From an uncultured Roseivirgaceae bacterium (GTDB lineage Bacteria; Bacteroidota; Bacteroidia; Cytophagales; Cyclobacteriaceae), in NCBI GenBank assembly GCA_964352205.1, contig CAYGQO010000002.1, positions 594,976-618,975 on the forward strand: a DNA stretch of 24,000 bases. The letters are read 5' to 3'. Below, in pieces: positions 1-9,330 of the stretch (position 1 is its first letter; each line of letters starts with the position of its first letter). Under the pieces are notes generated by a model. The model did not search any database. It was not told the origin of the DNA and saw only the letters and a program-made list of their open reading frames with translations. The translations under genes were made by a program, and so were the position numbers.

Positions 1-105
1 GGAGGCAAACTGATTGTTCCCAAAACTGACATTGGCGAATTTGGATTCTTTGCCCATGTAATAGATACCGAAGGCAACCGCATTGGTCTGCACTCTGATA
101 GCTAG
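1..105 (+). CDS. VOC/glyoxalase-family protein, C-terminal fragment (5' end outside window)
   Basis: Frame 1 is open from base 1 to TAG at 103-105. It translates to [34 protein letters not shown], which resembles the terminal strands of glyoxalase/bleomycin-resistance (VOC) fold proteins (D.EGN.IGLHS). Confidence 0.6.
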   Translation, partial: GGKLIVPKTDIGEFGFFAHVIDTEGNRIGLHSDS

Positions 106-150
106 CCTATCTACTCTACAATAATCTTAATGGGTATTAACCCACTATCC

Positions 151-181
151 TACCCGGCCTTTCTGTTCGGGTATTTTTTTT
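151..181 (+). terminator. Rho-independent terminator candidate after the VOC gene
   Basis: Stem TACCCG (151-156) pairs with CGGGTA (168-173) around an 11-nt loop and is followed by a T-run (174-180). It lies 46 nt after the stop codon. Confidence 0.6.
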
Positions 182-239
182 ATGATCTTATGCATCCTTC
201 TAGAACTTCCGCGGTCTCTTAGTCAGATTTTTTATTAAA

Positions 240-294
240 ACTGCAATTACGAATAATATATTTCTATATATTTACTGCAATTACGAATAATATA
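240..294. promoter_or_regulatory. Perfect 21-bp tandem direct repeat (ACTGCAATTACGAATAATATA x2, 34-bp period); candidate operator/promoter of the PadR-permease operon
   Basis: Copies at 240-260 and 274-294 are identical, and the second ends 3 nt before the PadR ATG (298). The 13-bp spacer contains TATATTTA (267-274), a near match to the Bacteroidota -7 box TAnnTTTG. Confidence 0.5.
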
Positions 295-297
295 AAA

Positions 298-624
298 ATG
301 AAAAAAACGAAACTCGGGGAATTTGAAGAGCTTGTTCTCATGACAGTTGTGGTACTGCAAGCAGAAGCTTATGGTGTAGAGATTAAACGCGAATTAGAAG
401 ATCGATTGAAAGAAACACTTAGTGTAGGATCAATTCAATCCGCTCTCAAGCGCATGGAAGAAAAAGGCTTCCTGACCTCTGAATTTGGAGAAGCAAGTCA
501 GAAACGTGGCGGAAAACGCAAGCGTATTTATCAAGCCACTTCTCATGCACATAAAGTGCTACAAGAAATGAAAGATGTACGCTCACAACTATGGGCGTCA
601 ATGCCATCCATCGCAAGAAGCTAA
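298..624 (+). CDS. PadR-family transcriptional regulator (short, about 108 aa)
   Basis: Winged-helix signature typical of PadR: ELVLMTVVVLQAEAYGVEIKRELE...GSIQSALKRMEEKGFLTSEFGE...KRKRIYQATSHAHKVL. It is the first gene of the permease array, the usual PadR position. Confidence 0.85.
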   Translation: MKKTKLGEFEELVLMTVVVLQAEAYGVEIKRELEDRLKETLSVGSIQSALKRMEEKGFLTSEFGEASQKRGGKRKRIYQATSHAHKVLQEMKDVRSQLWASMPSIARS

Positions 625-3236
625 TCTTGAATTATACTCCAAACGATATTCAACCACCTCGCTGGTCACTTCGGCTCCTCAAGACCTTTCTCAAGAAAGA
701 TTACTTGGAAGAGATCGAAGGCGATATGGAAGAAGTCTTTGAGGAGAACTTAGAAAATCATTCAGTAAAGAAAGCCCGGAGAATGTATAACCGGGAGGTC
801 CTGAAATTACTTCGCCCCAACCTCATTAGAGCCATTGGCGGAAATCATCAACTCAATTATATCGGTATGTTACAACACAATCTCCTTATCACATTAAGAG
901 GATTCATGAGGCATAAAACCTCGTTTCTCATCAATTTAATCGGTTTATCAACCGGTCTAGCAGCCTCACTCCTCATCTTTCTTTGGGTACAGGATGAAAG
1001 ATCAGTCGATACATTCCATGAAAAGAATGATCAGTTGTATTGGGTCAAAGCTAATTTCGCCATCAATGATGATGTCCGAACCTGGGATTATACTACTGGC
1101 CGACTAGCAGATGGTCTATTAGCGGACTTTCCTGAAGTAGAAGAATCCGTTCGAGTAGGTAATGGCTTCTTTAGACCGCGTGGTACGGTTGCTTATGAAG
1201 AAAACTTATTTGAGGTCAACGGTCTCTTTGCTGGACCAAACTTCTTCGAAGTAATGTCTTATGAATTGGTCATCGGCAACCCAAAAGAGGTAATTCAAGA
1301 CAAGTCTTCCGTAGTGATTGCAGAATGGTTGGCCGAAAGCATATTTGGAAATGCTCAGAATGCCATTGGAAAAACCCTCGCTTGGGAAGATCGATTGGTG
1401 AATAAAGAATTTGTAGTCAGTGGAATTTTCAAAGCACCCCCTAAGAACTCTTCCAGACGCTTCAATATCGTGACTAGCTATGATAATCTAATAGACAGAG
1501 ATAGCTGGGCTGACGAATGGAACGGTGGCTATGCCAGAACCTACATCGTATTGAAGAAGGGTACTGATGTAGATGATTTCAATAGAAAGATTGCCGGTTA
1601 CATGAACTTGAAGAGTGATAGCGATCGCTTTACGCTTTTCGTTCAGAAATATGCGGACAATTATCTTTATGGAGAATATACCAGTGGCATTCAAACAGGA
1701 GGAAGAATTGAGAATGTCCGACTTTTTACTTTTATCGGCATTTTCATTTTAGCCATTGCCTGCATCAACTTCATGAATCTTTCTACTGCTCAGGCATCCA
1801 AGAAACTGAAGGAAGTAGGTGTAAAAAAGGCCATAGGCGCCAATAAAACTGCCTTGATTTTTCAATTTCTAAGCGAATCCATCCTGTTAGCAACCTTCTC
1901 TCTCATACTTTCAATTGGTATTGTGTCGCTAACTCTTCAGCAGTTTAATATCATTTCAGGTAAAACTCTGGACTTATCATTACAACAATATTTACTCCCC
2001 ATTATAGGTATGGTTGTTCTTACCGGAATCTTTGCCGGTAGCTACCCTGCTTTTTACCTGTCTGGATTCAAGCCGGCAGCTATACTCAAAGGGAAACTTG
2101 AGAACCCGCGTAGCGAACAGTGGATTAGAAAAGGCTTGGTGATTGTTCAATTCAGTTTATCTGTGATTTTCATTATAGGTGTTATTGTAATCAATCAGCA
2201 AATTGAATTCACACAGAAAAAGTCCTTGGGGTACGATAGAGAGTCTATCCTCACTTTTCGTGAACGAGGCGCGAAATATCAGGACCCTCAACCTTTCTTC
2301 AATGAGTTGATGAAAATTCCGGGAGTACTAGGCACAGCAAATATGTCTGGAGATTTTCTGACCGCGGATGACAACAATAGCGGTTTCTCTTGGATAGAAG
2401 GTACCAAAGATGATGACAATCACTTATTCAAATCTCCCAAAGTGGGTTATAACTTCATTGAAACACTAGGGCTTGAAATCTTAGAAGGTCGCTCCTTCTC
2501 TAGGGATTTTAATGATGGTATTGGAAGCATTATTCTCAATGAAGCAGCTGTGGAGTATATGGAGCTTGACAATCCTATAGGCACTAAAATCGGATGGAGC
2601 GAAGATTTAACAATGGAGGTTATTGGGGTGGTTAAGAATTTCCAGTACGGATCACTCCACAATAAGATCGAGCCCCTCATCTTACAATTCAGAAAAACTG
2701 GAAAAAAGTACTTCGTTAAATTGCAGCCCGGTACTGAAGTTGAAACAATTGCCGCAGTGGAAAAGGCCTTTGAGACCATTCATCCAGGTCAGATTTTTAA
2801 AGGTAGCTTACTAGCCGATGACTATACAGATCTCTACCATTCTGAAAACAAAGTGGCGGATTTGTCCAATTACATGGCAGGTATTGCCATTATCATCTCC
2901 TGCCTCGGTCTTTTTGGCCTGGCAGCCTTTACCGCTGAAAGAAGAACTAAGGAAATCGGAATACGCAAAATTCTGGGGGCAAGCCAAAGGGTTATCATAG
3001 GCCTGCTTACCAGTAGCTTCACCAAGACTGTTCTTATCTCCATCGTTTTAGCCCTGCCAATTGGTTACTTGGCCGTTTCTAAATGGTTGGAAAACTTTGC
3101 TTATGCTGTGGAAATTCAATGGTGGGTGTTTGCATTGGCGGGTTTAGCTTGTCTAGTCATTGCCTGGATCACGGTCGGTTTCCAAACCATCAAAGCATCC
3201 ATGGTTAACCCTGCTCAGTGCTTAAGAAATGAGTAA
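591..3236 (+). CDS. Duplicated FtsX/MacB-like ABC-type permease, paralog 1 (N-terminal cytoplasmic prefix, then two periplasmic-domain/FtsX modules)
   Basis: 881-aa ORF. Prefix motif YLEEIEGDMEEVF lies at nt 702-740. Two modules each have a TM helix (LINLIGLSTGLAASLLIFLWV and VIVQFSLSVIFIIGVIVI), a large extracytoplasmic domain and an FtsX-type TM bundle (INFMNLSTAQASKKLKEVGVKKAIGA and LFGLAAFTAERRTKEIGIRKILGA). The ATG at 591 overlaps PadR by 34 nt. An alternative TTG at 627, just after the PadR stop, is equally possible. Confidence 0.85.
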   Translation: MGVNAIHRKKLILNYTPNDIQPPRWSLRLLKTFLKKDYLEEIEGDMEEVFEENLENHSVKKARRMYNREVLKLLRPNLIRAIGGNHQLNYIGMLQHNLLITLRGFMRHKTSFLINLIGLSTGLAASLLIFLWVQDERSVDTFHEKNDQLYWVKANFAINDDVRTWDYTTGRLADGLLADFPEVEESVRVGNGFFRPRGTVAYEENLFEVNGLFAGPNFFEVMSYELVIGNPKEVIQDKSSVVIAEWLAESIFGNAQNAIGKTLAWEDRLVNKEFVVSGIFKAPPKNSSRRFNIVTSYDNLIDRDSWADEWNGGYARTYIVLKKGTDVDDFNRKIAGYMNLKSDSDRFTLFVQKYADNYLYGEYTSGIQTGGRIENVRLFTFIGIFILAIACINFMNLSTAQASKKLKEVGVKKAIGANKTALIFQFLSESILLATFSLILSIGIVSLTLQQFNIISGKTLDLSLQQYLLPIIGMVVLTGIFAGSYPAFYLSGFKPAAILKGKLENPRSEQWIRKGLVIVQFSLSVIFIIGVIVINQQIEFTQKKSLGYDRESILTFRERGAKYQDPQPFFNELMKIPGVLGTANMSGDFLTADDNNSGFSWIEGTKDDDNHLFKSPKVGYNFIETLGLEILEGRSFSRDFNDGIGSIILNEAAVEYMELDNPIGTKIGWSEDLTMEVIGVVKNFQYGSLHNKIEPLILQFRKTGKKYFVKLQPGTEVETIAAVEKAFETIHPGQIFKGSLLADDYTDLYHSENKVADLSNYMAGIAIIISCLGLFGLAAFTAERRTKEIGIRKILGASQRVIIGLLTSSFTKTVLISIVLALPIGYLAVSKWLENFAYAVEIQWWVFALAGLACLVIAWITVGFQTIKASMVNPAQCLRNE

Positions 3237-5844
3237 GGAACCATTAAGCCATGTTAACAAGCCACCCAAAGGGCTTGTGAGAATACTTAGATTCTTTATC
3301 AAGGGAGAATACCTCGAAGAAATCGAAGGTGATCTGGAAGAGATTTATCATGACCTGAGGGTAACGAATAGCGCCAAGCGCGCCAATCTAAGATATCTAT
3401 TTGAATTGCTTAGGCTTTTCAAGTTCAACCTAATTAAAAGCATCATGAATAACCATAAATACAACGTGCTCGGCCTCCTAACACATAGTATTAAGCTATC
3501 CTTTAGGGGCTTCAACCGTTATAGAACATCATTTATCATCAACATTATTGGCCTGTCAACAGGAATTGCAGCTGCATTCTTCATTTACCTATGGGTCAAT
3601 GATGAGTACAGTGTAGACAGGTTTCATACGAATGGAGATCGCCTTTATCAAGTGCTACAAAATGAGGTAGAACCTGAAGGTTTAGAAACTGATTTTGGTT
3701 CACCTTTTATTTTGGCAGACTATATCAAAGAGAGGTTTCCCGAGATAGAGCATGCCGTGACTATTGGTAATGATGAAATGAGCAGAAGAGCGATTTTCAA
3801 GTCAGAAGTTGATAACAAAGAAGCCCAATCCCGTGGTATTTTTGCGAATAGTGACTTCTTTAAGGCTTTTAGCTTTACTCTTTTGTCAGGTAGTGCGGAC
3901 GAGGTTTTCAGCCCTGAAAATGCCATTGTAATCTCCGAACAGCTAGCCATCTCGCTCTTTGGCTCCATTGAAAAGGCTAATGGTCAAATACTAAAAGCAA
4001 ATCGGGATTTATACAATGGCTCATATGTAGTAACTGGTGTATTCGAAAGCGTCCCTGAAAACTCAACCCTGAAGTTCGAATATGTAGCCAATTACAAAAT
4101 GGCCCTCAAGAATGAAGAGTGGCTGCGTGAATGGAGTGCCGATGGAGCGGTAAACTTCATTTCACTAAAGCCAGGAACTGACTTAAACGATTTCAATAAA
4201 AAGTTTGAGCAAGCCATCACTGATCAGCCCTATAGAGAAGGTAGTCTCATGATGGCCTACCCTTTTGAGAAACTCTACTTAGAAGGTGAGTTTACCAACG
4301 GACAGGCTTCAGGTGGTAGAATAGCCTATGTAAAACTAATGACCATAGCAGGCATCTTCATCCTACTGCTAGCCTGCATTAATTTCATGAACCTTTCAAC
4401 AGCCCAAGCGTCAAAAAGAGTAAAGGAGATTGGCGTTAAAAAGGTTTTTGGTGTTAGACGAGATGCATTGGTTTTCCAATTGCTCACCGAATCATTCTTG
4501 ATCACCCTCCTCTCCCTTCTGGTATCCATCGGGTTAGTTACTCTTTTGCTCCCGGCTGTAAATCAAGTAATCGACAAGGAACTGTCTTTATTTGGAACAC
4601 CCTTCGCTCTCGGTTTGTGTGCTGCCATATTGATAGCAGTAACACTGCTAGCGGGAACCTATCCGGCACTTTACTTATCTAAATTTCAGTCTCGCGACTT
4701 GATACGTGGAAGACTCAAACGAGGAGCAAATGATTTATGGATCAGAAAAGGTCTAGTCATTCTTCAGTTTTCAGTTTCAACTCTTTTTGTCAGTGGTTTT
4801 CTAGTCTTAAACAATCAAATCTCCTATATCCAGAATGTAGACCTCGGCTATGACAGGGATGACTTAATCCACTTTACATTAAGAGAAAGTAAACTACGAC
4901 AACCTTTTTGGGATGAGTTGAGGAAAATCCCCAATGTGATCGCATCGACAAACCTGTATGGAGGAAGTATTGCCGATTTGAAAGGTGCTGGGGGTGGCTT
5001 CAGTTGGGGCAACCCAGTCGAAAATGAGGAAATCACCTTTAGAAGACCTCAAGTCAACTACTCTTTCTTTGAAACCCTAAATATTGATGTGCTAGAGGGC
5101 CGAGCATTTTCCAGAGATTTTCAAAATGAAGAGCAAAAGCTCATGATCAATGAAGCTGCGGCTCAACTCATCGGCATTGAAAACATTGTTGGAAACACAA
5201 TCATGGATGGCGATATAGAAAAAGAGGTGATCGGTATTGTCAAAAACTTCAAGATTCAATCGCTCTACGAACCATTACAACCAGCCATTATTCGGTTCAT
5301 TCCGAACGGAAATCACTTCATGGTCAAGATCTCCAAAGAAAACCAGGCTGAAACACTCAAGACCATTGAAACCCTTTACAACCAATTCAATTCTCAATAT
5401 CCTTTCGAGCCAAAATTTGTCAATGATGAGTACGATCAAGTATACCAAGCAGAAGGAAAAGTTGTAGCGTTGTCAGGCTATTTCACCATAGTCGCCATTC
5501 TGATTGCTTGTCTCGGGCTGTTTGGTTTAGCACTTTACAATACCGAAAGAAGGACCAAAGAGGTAGGTATCAGAAAAGTATTAGGGTCTAGTACTTTCTC
5601 CCTGATCAAACTCTTATCCTCTGATTTTATCGCTCTAGTCGCCATTTCCTTGTTGATCGCCCTACCGATGAGCTATCTCTTGGTACTTGATTGGTTAAAT
5701 GGGTTTTCGATGCACTACGCGCCAGACTTACTGTTGTATGCAACTGTGGCTTTAGCAACACTCCTTTTGTCATTGGCTACAGTTGGCTTTCAAACCTTAA
5801 AAACGTCATTAATCAACCCTGTAGAATGTCTCAGAAATGAATAA
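3229..5844 (+). CDS. Duplicated FtsX/MacB-like ABC-type permease, paralog 2
   Basis: 871-aa ORF with the same architecture: YLEEIEGDLEEIY at nt 3310-3348, INFMNLSTAQASKRVKEIGVKKVFG, and LFGLALYNTERRTKEVGIRKVLG. Its ATG overlaps the upstream stop by 8 nt (ATGAGTAA). It is the most divergent of the three paralogs. Confidence 0.85.
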   Translation: MSKEPLSHVNKPPKGLVRILRFFIKGEYLEEIEGDLEEIYHDLRVTNSAKRANLRYLFELLRLFKFNLIKSIMNNHKYNVLGLLTHSIKLSFRGFNRYRTSFIINIIGLSTGIAAAFFIYLWVNDEYSVDRFHTNGDRLYQVLQNEVEPEGLETDFGSPFILADYIKERFPEIEHAVTIGNDEMSRRAIFKSEVDNKEAQSRGIFANSDFFKAFSFTLLSGSADEVFSPENAIVISEQLAISLFGSIEKANGQILKANRDLYNGSYVVTGVFESVPENSTLKFEYVANYKMALKNEEWLREWSADGAVNFISLKPGTDLNDFNKKFEQAITDQPYREGSLMMAYPFEKLYLEGEFTNGQASGGRIAYVKLMTIAGIFILLLACINFMNLSTAQASKRVKEIGVKKVFGVRRDALVFQLLTESFLITLLSLLVSIGLVTLLLPAVNQVIDKELSLFGTPFALGLCAAILIAVTLLAGTYPALYLSKFQSRDLIRGRLKRGANDLWIRKGLVILQFSVSTLFVSGFLVLNNQISYIQNVDLGYDRDDLIHFTLRESKLRQPFWDELRKIPNVIASTNLYGGSIADLKGAGGGFSWGNPVENEEITFRRPQVNYSFFETLNIDVLEGRAFSRDFQNEEQKLMINEAAAQLIGIENIVGNTIMDGDIEKEVIGIVKNFKIQSLYEPLQPAIIRFIPNGNHFMVKISKENQAETLKTIETLYNQFNSQYPFEPKFVNDEYDQVYQAEGKVVALSGYFTIVAILIACLGLFGLALYNTERRTKEVGIRKVLGSSTFSLIKLLSSDFIALVAISLLIALPMSYLLVLDWLNGFSMHYAPDLLLYATVALATLLLSLATVGFQTLKTSLINPVECLRNE

Positions 5845-8422
5845 CCAAAACACTCCTCGCTGGTCAACAAATCTTCTTCACTTTTTGCTAAGAGATGAAT
5901 ACTTAGAAGAAATCGAGGGAGATTTAGTGGAGATTTATAAAGAAAATTTAGAAAATAATTCAGTCAAAAAAGCCCGGAGACTATACAATCGGGAGGTCAT
6001 TAAACTTATTCGCCCAAACCTTTTAAAAAGGATAAGTGGCAGTCAAAAACTTAACTATATCGGCATGTTCCAACACAACCTAATACTTACATTCAGAAGC
6101 TATATGCGCTACAAAAGCGCTTTCCTTATCAATTTGATTGGCTTAGCCTCTGGCTTGGCATGCACACTGCTAATCTACCTATGGGTCCAAAGTGAATTAC
6201 AGGTCAATCAGTTTCATGACAAAAGCGAGAGGCTGTATCGCGTAGTGGCTAATTATGACGATGCCAGCGGTATAAGTACTAATTACGCCACTCCTGCCCT
6301 GCTACCGCGAACATTAGCAGCAGATTTCCCTGAAGTTGAATACGCCACAACCGAATCTTGGACCGGAGCCTACACAGTTTCACACGAACAAACGAATATT
6401 AACGCGATAGGACAATATGCTGGAGAAGACTACTTCAACGTGTTCTCTTATGAGCTCCTTCAGGGTGACAAAAACGAGGTCTTGAAAGACAAGAGTTCCA
6501 TTGTAATCTCAGATGAATTAGCTCTAAAACTCTTTGGTACTACAGTAGATGTTGTCGGTAAAACTGTAGACTATATGCATTTCAAGTCGTTTAAGGTTTC
6601 TGGAATATTCAAAAGCCCTCCGGCATCATCTTCACGTACATTCGATTTCATAATGACCTTCGAAGAGTTTAAAGAATCTCGATCATGGATTATGAACTGG
6701 AAAAATAATGGGCCTTCTACATTTGTGGTCTTAGCAGAAGGAACTGATGTAGCCACATTCAATTCAAAAATCAAAGATGTGGTAAGGGCTAACAATGGAG
6801 AGCCTAATATGACACCCTACGCCACTTTGTATAGTGACTTATATCTCAAAGGTAAGTTCCAGAATGGCATCCCTACTGCCGGAAGAATGATCTATGTACG
6901 ATTATTCTCCATCATTGCCTTTTTCATCTTGGCGATCGCTTGCATTAATTTTATGAACCTTTCTACGGCCAGGGTATCAAGACGACTGAAAGAGATTGGC
7001 ATCAAGAAAGCTGTTGGTGCGAGCAGAAAATCATTAATATTTCAATTTCTAAGTGAGTCCATTACCATGGCATTCATTTCATTAATCTTATCTCTGATCA
7101 TTGTATGGCTGGTGTTGCCGCTGTTTAATCAAGTCACCGATAAGGCCCTAGTCCTTCAGTTTTCGACAGATTTCAGCTTGATGCTTGTGGCCATTATGTG
7201 TCTAACAGGGCTTCTCTCTGGCAGTTACCCTGCCCTATACCTATCAGGCTTTAATCCCATTAAAGTACTTAAGGGACAATCACCCACTTCTTGGCGCGAA
7301 TTGTTTTTACGCAAAGGACTTGTTGTATTCCAGTTCACCCTTTCAATAATTCTGATCGTTTCTGTATTGGTCGTTTATAAACAGATCGAGTTCACTCAAA
7401 GAGAGCATATCGGCTTTAAAAAAGACAACATTATTTACTTCGAGCCAGAAGGAGAATTGGAACTAAGGCTTCAGACATTTCTTGATGAGGTTAAACGAGT
7501 ACCAGGGGTAGAAATGGCTTCGAGCACAGCGCATACTTTTGTTGAAGGTGGCTATACCGGCAACACTTACGACATGGCTTGGGAAGGAAAAGACCCCGAA
7601 GCTGTTCTTGCCATGGAATACATGCGGGTAAACCACGATTTGATTGAATTACTCGACTTTGAAGTAATTGCTGGGAGGTCTTACGACAAAGATTTCAGCA
7701 CCGACATAGGCAGTATTATCTTCAACGAAGCTGCCATCAAGGCCATGGATTTAAAAGATCCGGTCGGACAAAGCGTCAACGTGTTTGGTAGAAAGCGCCA
7801 GGTCTTGGGAGTAGTCAAAGACTTCAATTTCAGGAGTTTCCATGAGGCCATTGGTCCAGCTTTTTTCATCCTCAACCCTTCTGACACTTGGTTAATCATG
7901 GCAAAACTTCAATCTGGAAGAGAATCAGAGACCATCAGTAAGTTACAAACGCTTTATACGGAGGTAAATCCTGGTTTCAACTTTGACTATAAGTTTTTAA
8001 GCGATGACTACGCGAAACAATACGCTGCAGAACAACGCATTGCCACCCTTTCTAGGGCCTTTGCTGTAGTGGCTATACTCATTTCTTGCTTAGGTCTTTT
8101 TGGACTGGCTGCATTTACTGCAGAGCGCAGGCTCAAAGAAATTGGCATTCGTAAGATTCTAGGCTCTAGCAACACCAATATTATTCGGTTGCTATCAGGA
8201 GACTTCACCAAAATGGTATTGATCTCCATTGTCATTGCTGTACCGATCAGTTACTTTTTGGCTTCCCAATGGCTTCAAGGCTTTGCTTATAGTGTCAGCC
8301 TACAATGGTGGTTCTTTACACTTTCAGGGGCTTTTTCACTTCTTATCGCTTGGTTAACCGTTGGTTTCCAAACGCTGAAAGCTGCATTAGTCAACCCTTC
8401 TGAATGCTTAAGAAATGAGTAG
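5837..8422 (+). CDS. Duplicated FtsX/MacB-like ABC-type permease, paralog 3
   Basis: 861-aa ORF with the same architecture: YLEEIEGDLVEIY at nt 5900-5938, INFMNLSTARVSRRLKEIGIKKAVGA, and LFGLAAFTAERRLKEIGIRKILG. Its ATG overlaps the upstream stop by 8 nt (ATGAATAA). All three paralogs end in NP.(E/Q)CLRNE. Confidence 0.85.
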   Translation: MNNQNTPRWSTNLLHFLLRDEYLEEIEGDLVEIYKENLENNSVKKARRLYNREVIKLIRPNLLKRISGSQKLNYIGMFQHNLILTFRSYMRYKSAFLINLIGLASGLACTLLIYLWVQSELQVNQFHDKSERLYRVVANYDDASGISTNYATPALLPRTLAADFPEVEYATTESWTGAYTVSHEQTNINAIGQYAGEDYFNVFSYELLQGDKNEVLKDKSSIVISDELALKLFGTTVDVVGKTVDYMHFKSFKVSGIFKSPPASSSRTFDFIMTFEEFKESRSWIMNWKNNGPSTFVVLAEGTDVATFNSKIKDVVRANNGEPNMTPYATLYSDLYLKGKFQNGIPTAGRMIYVRLFSIIAFFILAIACINFMNLSTARVSRRLKEIGIKKAVGASRKSLIFQFLSESITMAFISLILSLIIVWLVLPLFNQVTDKALVLQFSTDFSLMLVAIMCLTGLLSGSYPALYLSGFNPIKVLKGQSPTSWRELFLRKGLVVFQFTLSIILIVSVLVVYKQIEFTQREHIGFKKDNIIYFEPEGELELRLQTFLDEVKRVPGVEMASSTAHTFVEGGYTGNTYDMAWEGKDPEAVLAMEYMRVNHDLIELLDFEVIAGRSYDKDFSTDIGSIIFNEAAIKAMDLKDPVGQSVNVFGRKRQVLGVVKDFNFRSFHEAIGPAFFILNPSDTWLIMAKLQSGRESETISKLQTLYTEVNPGFNFDYKFLSDDYAKQYAAEQRIATLSRAFAVVAILISCLGLFGLAAFTAERRLKEIGIRKILGSSNTNIIRLLSGDFTKMVLISIVIAVPISYFLASQWLQGFAYSVSLQWWFFTLSGAFSLLIAWLTVGFQTLKAALVNPSECLRNE

Positions 8423-8431
8423 TCTGACGAT

Positions 8432-8454
8432 AGTCAAATAAAATTGACTTTTTT
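8432..8454 (+). terminator. Weak rho-independent terminator candidate after the permease array
   Basis: AGTCAA (8432-8437) pairs with TTGACT (8444-8449) around a 6-nt loop, followed by TTTTT. The stem is short and AT-rich, so support is modest. Confidence 0.35.
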
Positions 8455-8560
8455 AAGAACTTAAATGTGGGCTTCTTGTTAGTAGATGGTTCCTTGCCAA
8501 ATAGTTTCAACCTTGAGGTTGATCGTATTAATAAAGGAACATCAATAACTCTAAGCAAAT

Positions 8561-9328
8561 TTGTCCAAATTACCCCAATCGTTTCAATTCTTAGACCTTT
8601 CTGATTATGGAAGGTCAGTAGCTAGACTGATTGCGAACGGCTTGAAGAACACTCGCCTTACACCTATTCATGTAACAATTGGATTTATCATTTCTGGGCT
8701 CTTGGCGATTGGCTGTATGCTAAATGGAGCTCATTGGTTGGCCGCCTTCTTTCTTATCTTCAAATCCATCCTAGATGCTGCTGACGGAGAATTGGCGCGG
8801 ATTAAAAAGACACCATCATATACTGGTCGATATTTTGATTCTATCGCGGATATCATCCTGAACTTCCTGTTCATCCTAACCATTTGGCATATTACGGAAG
8901 TGCAAATTGGTATTGCATTTTTGGCCTTCATTGGAATTCAGCTTCAAGGCACCCTTTATAATTATTACTACGTCATCTTACGCAATCAGCAAAACGGAGA
9001 CAAAACAAGTCGCGTATTGGAAGACCATGCACCTACTGCCCTGCCAGGGGAAAAACAAAAACATGTAGACATACTCTACAGAATTTACAATACGCATTAC
9101 ATTGTATTTGATAAAACGATTTATTGGCTAGACCCACGTGCCTTTGAAGAAAAACCTTTACCCAAATGGTTCATGACATTGCTCTCAACCCTAGGCCTTG
9201 GATTTCAACTCTTAATCATTAGTCTAATGTTAGTAGTAGGCTGGGTAGAATTTATCATTCCTTTCTTTGTGGCCTATTCACTTATGATTTTCGTCTTTAT
9301 TGGCGTCAGAAAGATTTTCCTTACCTAA
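8561..9328 (+). CDS. CDP-alcohol phosphatidyltransferase family protein
   Basis: Exact match to the family motif DG(x)2AR(x)8G(x)3D(x)3D in DGELARIKKTPSYTGRYFDSIADI. The protein is multi-TM throughout. The start is a TTG at 8561 with no in-frame ATG near the N-terminus, so the start is uncertain. Confidence 0.8.
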   Translation: MSKLPQSFQFLDLSDYGRSVARLIANGLKNTRLTPIHVTIGFIISGLLAIGCMLNGAHWLAAFFLIFKSILDAADGELARIKKTPSYTGRYFDSIADIILNFLFILTIWHITEVQIGIAFLAFIGIQLQGTLYNYYYVILRNQQNGDKTSRVLEDHAPTALPGEKQKHVDILYRIYNTHYIVFDKTIYWLDPRAFEEKPLPKWFMTLLSTLGLGFQLLIISLMLVVGWVEFIIPFFVAYSLMIFVFIGVRKIFLT

Positions 9329-9330
9329 GA

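Noticed and set aside
240-294. The 21-bp repeat as a possible CRISPR array or mobile-element end.
   Set aside because: There are only two copies with a 13-bp spacer, no cas genes and no inverted-repeat partner. Its position directly against a start codon fits a regulatory site better.
591-629. Whether permease 1 really starts at the ATG at 591, which would overlap PadR by 34 nt.
   Set aside because: I kept 591 as in the ORF track. A TTG at 627, immediately after the PadR stop, would give an N-terminus closer in length to paralog 3. The sequence alone cannot decide, so this is noted rather than treated as a finding.
1488-8235. Many 60-110-aa ORFs on the minus strand or out of frame inside the three permease genes (for example 1488-1694, 2447-2779, 3720-3968, 5237-5467 and 8008-8235).
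   Set aside because: All lie fully inside long ORFs with clear FtsX/MacB features. Their translations are low-complexity with no recognisable motifs, so they are typical shadow ORFs.
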